From the NCBI RefSeq assembly GCF_001194135.2, contig NC_068985.1:109345925-109409924 (forward strand): DNA of 64,000 nt, in the 5' to 3' direction. The DNA comes from Octopus bimaculoides (Eukaryota). Position 1 is the stretch's first letter; each line of letters starts with the position of its first letter. The translations under genes were made by a program, and so were the position numbers. The notes under the pieces are model-generated. The model was not told where the DNA came from. It was given only the letters and a program-made list of their open reading frames with translations, and made no database searches. Shown here piece by piece: positions 26,640 through 37,994 of this stretch.

Positions 26640-27736
26640 GTTGTGGTTGTAATAGTAGTGATTGGAATTGTTCTGAATAAAGTCATGTGAAGTGACTGTT
26701 TTGAATATATCGTTATTAATATTTGCGTGGGTGTTATTCTAAGGCCTTGGTGATAGTGTCATTTGTGGTAGATGCATTCAAAAGGGGTTCATATTTTGTA
26801 ATAAAGAATGAGTTTTTACTAATGTGCTCACTACACGTTGTATCGTCCCTGAATTGATAGAGGGGGAAAATTCTGAAGGCTGATTGTTTGTTATTAGTGC
26901 AAATATCGATGTGTTCGCTGAATGCTATTTCTATGTTTTTCGGAACTTTGATCTGGGATCTGTGCAGAGCCATCCTTTGACGTAGACTACCTTTGGTTTG
27001 GCCTATGTATTGCTCTTCATACCCAGAGAAGGTTAATACATATATCAGGTTCTCCGAAGAACATGTGAAGTTGCGTTTCACTGTGAAACGTTGTCCCTGT
27101 TTGAAAGAGAACTCTGATCCCTCAATTATGTTGACGCATATACCACAGTTAGGTCTTCCGCAATCTTTTACTAATGTCTTCAGTTTTGTTGTTGAGCCTA
27201 TTCGGACTTGTGTTAGGAGAATGTTCATAGATTTGGGCTGTCTTTTGCTCTTTATGTTGGAGTGCGTTTGGAGGATTAAATTTATTCTGTGATCCCTATT
27301 TTAGTAGGGGAATTCTTTGGAGGATGGTGTTGAATGCTTCATTGCTAAGAGGGTTGTGTGAGGAGATGTATGGTAGAGCTTTTGGTTCTAAATTCTTTCA
27401 TTTGGGATGTCTGAGTTCGTGGATGTTGGGTTGTGGGGCACATTGAAAGCATATATCAATTAGTGATGGTGGGTAGTTCTTGTTGATGAGTTATCATTTA
27501 GTTCATGTAGTCGTGTGTCCCTGGTGCTTGTATTAGAAACTATAGCATAAATCCTTTTTGTTAGGTTGAAAGGGATATTCAGTGTGTCTGGAGTGGAATG
27601 AGTTGAACGGTAGATATTGCTTGGTGTCCGTGGGCTTATAGTATATATCTGTTTGTATTTTGCTGTTAGATCTCTTAATGAGGATGCCGAGCAAAGGAAG
27701 TGATGGCTATATTCCAATGTTTTAGCATTTTCCACC
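26640..27736 (-). mobile_element. Penelope-like retroelement (Neptune-type), RT C-terminus plus GIY-YIG endonuclease, 5' end lost at a gap
   Basis: NIPFNLTKRIYAIVSN...RLHEL (RT C-terminal region), CGRPNCGIC Cys cluster, FTCSSENLIYVL..YIGQT..SLRQRMALHRSQI (GIY-YIG), ending YEPLLN. Confidence 0.9.
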
Positions 27737-27749
27737 TTGTCTTATTTTC

Positions 27750-27783
<34 letters not shown>

Positions 27784-28116
27784 NNNNNNNNNNNNNNNNN
27801 NNNNNNNNNNNNNNNNNNNNNNNNNNNNNNNNNNNNNNNNNNNNNNNNNNNNNNNNNNNNNNNNNNNNNNNNNNNNNNNNNNNNNNNNNNNNNNNNNNNN
27901 NNNNNNNNNNNNNNNNNNNNNNNNNNNNNNNNNNNNNNNNNNNNNNNNNNNNNNNNNNNNNNNNNNNNNNNNNNNNNNNNNNNNNNNNNNNNNNNNNNNN
28001 NNNNNNNNNNNNNNNNNNNNNNNNNNNNNNNNNNNNNNNNNNNNNNNNNNNNNNNNNNNNNNNNNNNNNNNNNNNNNNNNNNNNNNNNNNNNNNNNNNNN
28101 NNNNNNNNNNNNNNNN

Positions 28117-28153
<37 letters not shown>

Positions 28154-28637
28154 GCTCGTGATGTAGTGGTTATGCTGTATTTTTAGCTTCAGTCAACCGT
28201 AATAGATCAAACTTACGATGAAATGTATTCCAATCGTGACCATCCCGTGTTTATTCTTATGTACAGTGAATATAGGAACATGATTAGTTGTGTTTGTATG
28301 TTCGAGTGTTTGTAGCGTTACTGTTGAAGTCATTTTAGTGGAAAAGCGGACAACGAAAAACAAGTATGGTTGCCAGAGATATTATATTTGCCTGTAAATC
28401 TCCTTATATAAATCCAATTTTCCTATTGAAAAAGCTATCTTGGTGACGGTAAACAAGAACATTACACAAACACACATAACATTTAGTAACTGAATGGACA
28501 TGTGATATACTTTTACCTTTCCACATACCCTAGAGCACTCCGACACACGCACACACACACACACACACAAATAAACACATACACACGGGCGCTCGCACTC
28601 AGACACGTGCATTTTCGTATGTATGTATGTGTGATGA

Positions 28638-28712
<75 letters not shown>

Positions 28713-28881
28713 TGTGTGTGTAGATATATGTATATATGTATTTATGTATATATATATAAATATCTATATATATATGTATATATATGTGTGTATGTACGTA
28801 TGTATGTATGTATAGATAGATAGATATATATAGAAATAGATAGACAGATAGATAGATAGATAACAGGTAGCTAAAAAGATT

Positions 28882-30139
28882 TTAGGTTGAGTGAAAAGTA
28901 AGTATTGTTTTGAACCATGAAGAATTTGTACCGGGTTTTTGCAGAATTGTCTGACAATACAGACATAGATTTGCCCAAATACAACAATAAATTAACATTG
29001 ATATTCGTTTCATCTTTGTTACAGTCATCTGAAATGGAGCTGTCAAGGCGCGATATTCGAGTAATTTTGCTATTCAACTTCAAAAAAGTACGTAATTCAG
29101 CTGAAACTGCTTGCGATATCAACGAAACGTTTGATGAGAAAATGAACGGTGAGAATTTAGCTCGAAAATGGTTTAAACGATTTTGCAGTGGAGACCCGAG
29201 CCTCGAAAATCGTGAGCGTAGTGGACGCCCATCTGTCACCGACGACGGCCAATTACAGACCGTCATTGAGAAAGATTCACGTAAACTCACTCGAGAAAAC
29301 TGGCAAAACAACTTCAAGTTCGGCAGAAAAATTCCCTCAACCATTTGCATGAGATCGGAAAATCAAAAGTGCGTGGCAAATGGGTACCACACAAAGTGAA
29401 TGAAAATCAGAAAATGTGCAGATATGAAATTTGCTCGTCGCTTCCTCTCCGAAACGAGACCGATCCATTTCTCGACCGGATTGTAACTTGCGATGAAAAG
29501 TGGATTCTTTACAATAATAAAAAACGCACTTCGCAGTGATTGGACCAAAATAAAGCACTGAAAACCTTCCCTAAACTCGAGCTCTTCAAAAAGATGGTTA
29601 TGGTGACTGTTTGGTGGTGTACTGCTGGATTCATCAACTATAACTTCATAAAAGCCGGAAAATCCATTACTGCAGAAACATATTACCATGAAGCTGCCAA
29701 AATTAACGAAAAACTGCTATTTTGCTGTCTCAGACTGGTCAACAGAAGGGAGCCAATCATTCTTCATGACAATGCTCGACCAAACGTTTCACTAATGACG
29801 CAGCAGTTGTTGAGGGAACTTGGTTACGAAGTTCTTCCCCACCCAGCTTATTACCCAGATCTTTCTCCTACCGACTACCACCTTTTCAAGCACCTTGATG
29901 ACTTCCTGCGATAGAAAGAGTTCAAAAATCAAACCGATGCTGAAAATGCGTTGAAAGAGTTCATCAACTCTAGAACTCTAGACTTTTATGTTATCGGAAT
30001 AAACAAACTTGTAACTCGTTGAGAAAAAATGTGTTGATTGTAATGGTACTTACTTTGATGAATAAACTTGCCGCGTTATTGAAATATATTGAGATGAAAT
30101 CCATGTTTCAAAACGTTGCTTACTATTTACGCAGCCTGA
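28882..30139 (+). mobile_element. Full-length decayed mariner (DD34D, Hsmar1/SETMAR-like); transposase relic 29034-30065
   Basis: TIR-like ends TTAGGTTGAGTGAAAAGTAAG and rc TCAGGCTGCGTAAATAGTAAG. Motifs WFKRF, RSGRP, WVPH, TCDEKW, HDNARP and HPAYYPDLSPTDYHLF are present; frameshift near 29300 and internal stops. Confidence 0.92.
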
Positions 30140-30142
30140 AAA

Positions 30143-30193
<51 letters not shown>

Positions 30194-30709
30194 TATAGAT
30201 AGTTAGATAGATAGATAGGCAGGCAAGCAAATTGATAGATAGAGAGAGAGAGAAAAGAAAGAGATAGAATGAGTGAATGAGTGGGGGAGATAATGAGAAA
30301 GAGAGATTTTGATACATGTATGTATGCATGTATGTATGTGTGTGTGTGTATGTATCTAAATGTGTAAATTTATCCTCAGCAACTCAGTTTAATTCCAAAT
30401 CCTAACCGGCATATAAACACTAACCACACGCCGACGGTTATTAGAACACGTACGACTTTATTTCTGTTTCCTTATTAGCACATCTCTTCACTTTGCTTTT
30501 CTTCCAACAAACCACAGCTTCCCCGCGTATCTCACAATATACTCTGAACTACGGGTTATCTATGAAGCACTTTGCATCCATCCTGTTCATCTGGAGCTTG
30601 AAATTCAAATAATTAGATGTGAGATGCCAGCTGCAGTCGCCATAAAGTTGTTTCGACCCTTGGCATTGAATATTGTTTTGAACATCGCGACCATCCCTAC
30701 GAAATCTAT

Positions 30710-30741
<32 letters not shown>

Positions 30742-30831
30742 ATAGATAAACACATACATACATACATACATACATACAAATATACATTAATGTAAATACA
30801 CACACACATATATACACATATATACATATAT

Positions 30832-30886
<55 letters not shown>

Positions 30887-31513
30887 TATCATACATAGAC
30901 ATAAACCTGAATATTTGTTTATAAATACCCACGCACACACACAAATATATATATATTTAGAGAGATGAAAATATATCTATATATACATAGAGACATGTGG
31001 GTGTGTGTATGTATGTATGTATGTATGTATGTACGAGATGTGATCCGAAAAGATCTTTGTACACGCTGTTGGTAAGAATGTACACTGCGTGTATATGTGA
31101 CATAAAGCAGATGAACAACTCGATCAACAAAATTTATTAATCAACGTACGTTATGCATTTTCTCCCATATCGAATTAGATGGAGATCTCGATAAGATCAC
31201 TACAGCAATATAACACTGTTTAGCAAACGATGATTGCTAATTATGCGATTATAAATTGACAGGTATATAAGCATTGAAAAGTTAAATCCGTACTACACAG
31301 GTTTGCAAGCCAATCTGAAATTGTCTTACGTAACTGAAAGATATATATTCTTGGGTCCGATTGCTTACACTTGGTAGTTAATGTTGCAAGGAGACGAGTG
31401 AAAATTTTAATAATTTCGGTTTCGTGCCACAGTGGAATGGAAGGAGGAAGCAAAGCTAGCTCAAGTGACCAATGAAAATCATATGTAGATATGTAGATAT
31501 ATTTTGGGTTTAC

Positions 31514-31564
<51 letters not shown>

Positions 31565-31566
31565 TA

Positions 31567-31750
31567 TATCTGTAAAAATATGTAACACTTATTCAGTAGC
31601 CATGATAAAACTCCGAGTTTCGGATGCCAGGGTGGGAGCCCACGCCAACATCTCTTCAGTTATCCGGACAATTGGCATCCGAAACCCTGGCATCCGAAAC
31701 TCGGAGTTTTATCATGGCTGCTGAATAAGTGTCACATATTTTTACAGATA
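31567..31750. mobile_element. 184-bp foldback element: 67-bp arms (65/67 identical) around a 50-nt core
   Basis: 31567-31633 is the reverse complement of 31684-31750 with two mismatches. Confidence 0.95.
31604..31664 (-). ncRNA. Type-I hammerhead ribozyme with intact catalytic core
   Basis: GAUAA-CUGAAGA-[GAUGUUGG..GUGG GCUC CCAC..CUGGCAUC C]-GAAA-CUCGGAG-UU-UUAUC. Stem I is 5 bp, stem II is long, stem III is ACU/AGU, and the GUU triplet predicts cleavage between 31609 and 31608. Confidence 0.8.
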
Positions 31751-32177
31751 AATTCCTCTATTTGCATATTATCGAGATCTCTTACTTTCTTTTGTTGTCC
31801 TTCCTGTGAAATATATANNNNNNNNNNNNNNNNNNNNNNNNNNNNNNNNNNNNNNNNNNNNNNNNNNNNNNNNNNNNNNNNNNNNNNNNNNNNNNNNNNN
31901 NNNNNNNNNNNNNNNNNNNNNNNNNNNNNNNNNNNNNNNNNNNNNNNNNNNNNNNNNNNNNNNNNNNNNNNNNNNNNNNNNNNNNNNNNNNNNNNNNNNN
32001 NNNNNNNNNNNNNNNNNNNNNNNNNNNNNNNNNNNNNNNNNNNNNNNNNNNNNNNNNNNNNNNNNNNNNNNNAGAGATTTGTTCCGAGTTTTTTTTTTCT
32101 TTTGCAGGTTATTTCGCATGCTTTCAACGAAAGTGACATCCAAATCACGTGTAAACTGTTCCTCTCTCCAGAAAAGG

Positions 32178-32296
32178 AAAGATTTGGCTGTTATTTCTTG
32201 CACGCCTTGCTACCACGTAACAGTTATTTCGGCTTCTTTATCGCAGATAGCTGTTACATGGTAGCAGGGTGTGCTAGAAATAGCAGCCAAATCTTT
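32178..32296. repeat. Hairpin: 50-bp arms (44/50), 19-nt loop
   Basis: 32178-32227 pairs with 32247-32296. Confidence 0.9.
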
Positions 32297-32509
32297 GAAC
32301 GTGAGATATGTTGAGTGCACTCGACAAAACCTATGGAAAGAAATTATTTCAGAACGAGGTTACGAACGGGTCTTTAACAAAATATTTATAAAATATGCCA
32401 AAAAAGATTTTTGTAATAGTATTCACTTCAAAATAATTAAAAAACAAAAAATATTGTTTGTTTAAAGAAAGCTAGAATATAAATACTTACTCTACAGACA
32501 ACTTACTTA

Positions 32510-32768
32510 TTCCATAGGTCTCTTTGCCGAACCGCTAAGTTACGGGTACGTAAACACACCAACGTCAATTGTCGTGCGACAAACACAGACTCACACATAT
32601 ATGTACGACGGGTTTCTTTCGGTTTCCGTCTACCAAATCCACTTACAAGGATTTCGTCGACCCGAAGCTATAGTAAAAAACACTTGGCCAAGGTGCCACG
32701 TAGTGTGACTGAACCCGGAATGATGGATTTGGGAAGCAAGCTTCTTACCACAGAGCCACTCCTGCGCC
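32510..32768 (-). mobile_element. SINE family B copy
   Basis: Head and CORE-like domain on the reverse strand. Confidence 0.8.
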
Positions 32769-32959
32769 TATATTTATAAATATATATGTATGTGTTGCTC
32801 CAGTATGGCCGCAGTCAAATGACTACAACAAATAAAAGAATAAAAGAATAAAAGAATGTATAAGTAAATTAACATACATGCATGCATAGATACACACATA
32901 TATTTGTGTGTATGTGTGCGTGTGCGAGAGAAAGAGAGAGATCCATATATCAGTGAGTC

Positions 32960-33075
32960 TACGAACTAGTCTCCACGTAACACCTTGGACATGTATTTTC
33001 TACTATAGACCCTGGCCGACAAAAGCCTTGTGAGTGGATTTGGTAGATGGAAACTGAAAGAATCGCGTTGTTTAC
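32960..33075 (+). mobile_element. SINE family B internal fragment
   Basis: CCTTGGACATGTATTTTCTACTATAG...GTGAGTGGATTTGGTAGA.GGAAACTGAAAG. Confidence 0.75.
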
Positions 33076-33129
33076 ACACCAGACACACACACACACACAC
33101 ACACACACACCCACACATACACAGACACA

Positions 33130-33202
<73 letters not shown>

Positions 33203-33333
33203 GAGAGGTTTGAGTATCCAGAAGATACAAAACGGCAGTTAAGGCTATGTAAATGCTACGGAAGGACCGCTGTTAGACTCCCCGTTCGATTATAGTGTGA
33301 GTGAGGAGTCTAACTCGGGTCGTGTGTGTGCGT

Positions 33334-33434
33334 GTATAGGTTAAATAATATGAGATAACAAAGCCAAGGCATTGTAGAATTTCTTGGACAATTTATAAAG
33401 AGAACGGTAGTCTTACACCTGTTTAATGGATATA
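33334..33434 (-). repeat. Inverted partial copy of the hammerhead-tail element at 34202-34302
   Basis: The 101 nt align ungapped to the reverse complement of 34202-34302 (about 84% by eye). Confidence 0.9.
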
Positions 33435-33435
33435 C

Positions 33436-33684
33436 TCTTTTACTAGATTCAGTCATTTGACTGTGGCCATGCTAGAGCACCGCCTTTAGTGCAGCGCATC
33501 GACTCCAGGACTTATTCTTTGTAAGCCTAGTACTTATTATAACGGTCTCTTTGGCCGAACCGCTAGGTTACAGGGATCTAAACACAACAGCATCGGCTGT
33601 CAAGCGATGTCGGGGGGACAACACACACACACAAACACACACACAAACACACACACACACACACACACATACACACACACACAT

Positions 33685-33700
<16 letters not shown>
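33436..33700 (-). mobile_element. SINE family B, 3' half (runs into a gap)
   Basis: TTCAGTCATTTGACTGTGGCCATGCT...CCGCTAGGTTAC motifs. Confidence 0.8.
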
Positions 33701-33725
<25 letters not shown>

Positions 33726-34178
33726 NNNNNNNNNNNNNNNNNNNNNNNNNNNNNNNNNNNNNNNNNNNNNNNNNNNNNNNNNNNNNNNNNNNNNNNNNNN
33801 NNNNNNNNNNNNNNNNNNNNNNNNNNNNNNNNNNNNNNNNNNNNNNNNNNNNNNNNNNNNNNNNNNNNNNNNNNNNNNNNNNNNNNNNNNNNNNNNNNNN
33901 NNNNNNNNNNNNNNNNNNNNNNNNNNNNNNNNNNNNNNNNNNNNNNNNNNNNNNNNNNNNNNNNNNNNNNNNNNNNNNNNNNNNNNNNNNNNNNNNNNNN
34001 NNNNNNNNNNNNNNNNNNNNNNNNNNNAGGTAATAGCAGAGTTCAGTATAAGAAGTTTATTTGGAAAGGGAGAGATATATTTTGGAAAGGGAGTAATATA
34101 TTTCCTACATGTCTCCCTTTCTAAAACAACTTCTTATATTTAACTGTACTATTTCCTTCTATTTAACTCTCTCATATC

Positions 34179-34226
34179 GTTTCTGATGATGAAATATCTT
34201 TTATATCACTGAAACAACTGTAAGAC
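34179..34226 (+). ncRNA. Minimal type-I hammerhead ribozyme motif (core intact, stems II and III decayed)
   Basis: GUUU-CUGAUGA-[UGAAAUA..UAUAUCA CU]-GAAA-CAACUG-UA-AGAC: stem I GUUU/AGAC, GUA triplet. Confidence 0.65.
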
Positions 34227-34439
34227 TACCCTTCTCTTTATAAAATGTCCTAGAAACTTCACTCTGCCTTGGCTTTGTTGTCTCATTTTATTTAATCTAT
34301 ACATAAATGCATGTATGTATGTATGTATGTATGTATGTGTGTATTTATGTATGTATCTATGTATGTATGTATGTATGTAAGCATACATATATGTAAATAT
34401 ATATATGTATGTATATAAGTATATATACGTGTGTGTGAG

Positions 34440-34565
34440 TTTGTGCATGTGTCATTATGTCTGTGTTTGTTCCCTATCAATGTTTGATAAAAGGTGTTGG
34501 TGTATTTACATACACTAAATAGCGGGTCCGCAAAAGTGACCGATAGAATAAGTACTAGGCTTAGA
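34440..34565 (+). mobile_element. SINE family B tail fragment
   Basis: AAAAGTGACCGATAGAATAAGTACTAGGCTT. Confidence 0.65.
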
Positions 34566-35374
34566 TTGTAAGCCATGGAGAAAAAAAAACAAAAAAACTT
34601 TCAAGTAAAAGAAAAAATAATAACACAATAATACTGCAAATCCTCCAAGCTCAAACCCTATTCACTTATGCATGTATATTCCTATTAAGAAGCTACCGAT
34701 CCAAATCGGCTGCCAAGGATGCTAAATTTTATGTCCGAACCTCCCTCAAATAACACCCTTACTTGGATAAAACGCCCAATCGTCGGTAGGCTCTACTAGA
34801 ATATTGATGGATCATTGATTATTTTTAAGCAATTATTTATATTTAACGTTATTTTATATGACTTTAAATGACACAAAACGACTGCATAATATAAACAATA
34901 ACATCAATGACTAAAATGACTAAAATGAATGTATTTAGTTGTCTTTATTGTCTTGTTAACATTATAGTTCCATCGTTTTTGAAATCGTTGATTTTATTTC
35001 TAATAATATTATTGTTAATGTAGAAAACAGACACATCATTTTACAATTTAATGGCTTCAAATTATCTCCTTATCACTTTTGCTAACATTATAAACAGAAG
35101 AAGAAGAGTGACTACCCAAATACAGTTATTTAATTGGTGGTTTAGTCTGTTTATTGTTGTTGTTATTTATTACAGTGTTCTATTTGACTTTCGCTATGAT
35201 TATTTGGTCGAAAGTCTGTATCCAATATAATAATAAAGAATATCTTTTTATACTACATTGCTCTCATCAAATAAAGCAACGCAGGTGGTGTCTTGGAAAG
35301 GCACTTAATTGCATATACATACATACATACATAAATACTGACATACATACATACATTTTATTTCTCCTTTCAAA

Positions 35375-35411
35375 CCGTTCTGTCGAAAAGCGTACGCTCG
35401 AAGCGTCAAAC
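35375..35411 (+). ncRNA. Degenerate hammerhead-like motif
   Basis: CUGUCGA-A-AAGC GUAC GCUC-GAAG-CGUC: two core substitutions; partial stem II and the GUC triplet are retained. Confidence 0.4.
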
Positions 35412-36079
35412 TCTTTTCTATTCCTCTCGAGCATCAAACTAATACACCTGCTTGTTGTTCCCTCGCCTGTCTTTGTGTATGTATGTATGTATGTATGTAT
35501 ATATGTATGTATGTGTGTATGCATGCATGTATGTATGTGTGTATGTATGTATGCATGCATGTATGTATGTATGTATGTATGTATGTATGTATGTATGCAT
35601 GCATGTATGAATGTATGCATATGTGTATATGTATGTATATTTGTAGATATGTATGTATGGCTGGATGCAAAAATAAACATATGAACGTATGTGTGTCAGA
35701 TCAGATGTGGTAACAGGGAATCTTCTACAACCAGTTGCATGGACGGCTTGCCAGTGATAAAACAGATTCCGCCACCAAGTTAGTCTGTTGAGGACGGCCA
35801 TATGAAAACCAATAGAACTAAAATTAAGAAAAGTGACAAGTATCGATGACCCCAGTGTAGATTCAAAGACTAATAATAATACGGACCCTCAGTAATTCTG
35901 GATTGATATCCGGAGTGTTGGAAGGCCTCCGGGAGTAAGGCTTTCCTCAGCTTTTGTCCCTCTTATATTAAACCAGATACACAGGAAATGGCATTGGACA
36001 TTTTGGGTCAGTTTGTTTACGCTTGATGATTCGGAAATAAATTAGATTCAGCAATATCGTATCAGAATTTTTAACTCAA

Positions 36080-36630
36080 GCGATGAGCTGGCGAAATCGT
36101 TAGCTTCGAAAACAAAATTCTTCTTTGTCATTCCCAGCACCAATGACGCCGAGGTCGACTAAACGTTTCAAACTCAACAAATTAGGGACCCGTCACAGTC
36201 AAACATTAGAGACGACGTGATCGATTATCCCACTCCTTTAAAATTGCTGGACTTGATCCAAAATTTGAGACAGTTATTGCTACCGTGAGCTGGTAGAATT
36301 TTAATATGCCGGACAAAGTGCTTAGCGGCATTTCTTCCAGCTTTACAATTTCAGTTAAAACTCCGATGAGGTCAACTTTGCTTTCCATCCTTTCGGAATC
36401 AATAATAACTGCTAGTCTTCAGCCAAAATTTAAGAGCATTATGGCTATTTTAATTAAGGCAGCGGCATTTCATCCGGCTTCTTACGTTCCCAGTACAAAT
36501 GCTACCGTGATCAACCTTGTCTTTCATTATTTCGGCTGGATAAAATGTGTACCATTTGAGAACTAGAGTCTATGTAATCGACTTAACCCTCCCCTCAAAA
36601 TTTCTGGTCTTCAACCAAGATTAGAAGTAA
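36080..36630 (+). mobile_element. Three head-to-tail SINE family A copies
   Basis: Heads GATGAGCTGGCG (~36083), GTGAGCTGGTAG (~36285) and a third body from ~36450, each with a central-domain remnant. Confidence 0.7.
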
Positions 36631-36963
36631 TTACTATTTTAATTTCTATATTGACACGCTAGTACAATGATCAACATGAACAAGGCTACAATAAAGCTGA
36701 CCATTTCAAATCTGTTGTACTTTCTGAAACAATTAGAGCCATCACCATCTCTGTTTACAGTTTCCTTTTGACTATACCCTTCTCTGAAATAATTTTGGTA
36801 TGTTAGAAATCGTTATTATTTATATTGTAAAGGTGCCGAGACAATAAAGCGCCAAGCGAAATATTTTTAACGATCCACTTTCATCTCTGTAGACTCCAAG
36901 TTCAGATTTCACAAGGGACGACTTTGCTATTCAATAATCTGTTGTTCATATGGACATATACCA

Positions 36964-36994
<31 letters not shown>

Positions 36995-37994
36995 CATACG
37001 CTTGTATATACACACATACATACACACACACACACATATGTATATACACACATACATGCACTCACACACATATAATCCAAACAATACGCCCACGCATACA
37101 GGTGTATATAGGTGTATATATATATTTTGGAGTGTGAGTGTGTACATGTATACATACACACACATATTTGCGTATATCTGTATAACGTATAAATATATAT
37201 NNNNNNNNNNNNNNNNNNNNNNNNNNNNNNNNNNNNNNNNNNNNNNNNNNNNNNNNNNNNNNNNNNNNNNNNNNNNNNNNNNNNNNNNNNNNNNNNNNNN
37301 NNNNNNNNNNNNNNNNNNNNNNNNNNNNNNNNNNNNNNNNNNNNNNNNNNNNNNNNNNNNNNNNNNNNNNNNNNNNNNNNNNNNNNNNNNNNNNNNNNNN
37401 NNNNNNNNNNNNNNNNNNNNNNNNNNNNNNNNNNNNNNNNNNNNNNNNNNNNNNNNNNNNNNNNNNNNNNNNNNNNNNNNNNNNNNNNNNCACACATACA
37501 CACACACACAAACACACATATACACATGTAAGCACATATGCATTAATGTATGTTTCTATCTAAACACATACATTCACATAAACAATACATTATAGTTTCG
37601 ATGCGCCATACAGGTCAATAGAGTTCAATTTCAAAGTAAAACGTGAAGCAATATTATCTTCGCTTAATCTGTAAATAATAAGACATTTGTCTCGGCTGAA
37701 GATCTAAAGCATTGACTTAACAACAGATCGAACAGAGAGATAATTATGGCGGACTACTAAAAGCATAGAAAGTACTTTGCTCCCACAAATCATTGATTTT
37801 CCCGGTAGCTAGACAGTATTGAGATAAAGGTTCAATACCCGATTTTGTTAATATATTTAATGTTCTAGGTATTGTCATTATTATTATCATCCTCGCTGTC
37901 TCTATTGCTGTGGTGTTCTTCGGTTATTTAACTGGGTTGATGTTAGGAAAAATTTCTGATATCATATAATGCTTTGATAAATTTCATGGTTGCA

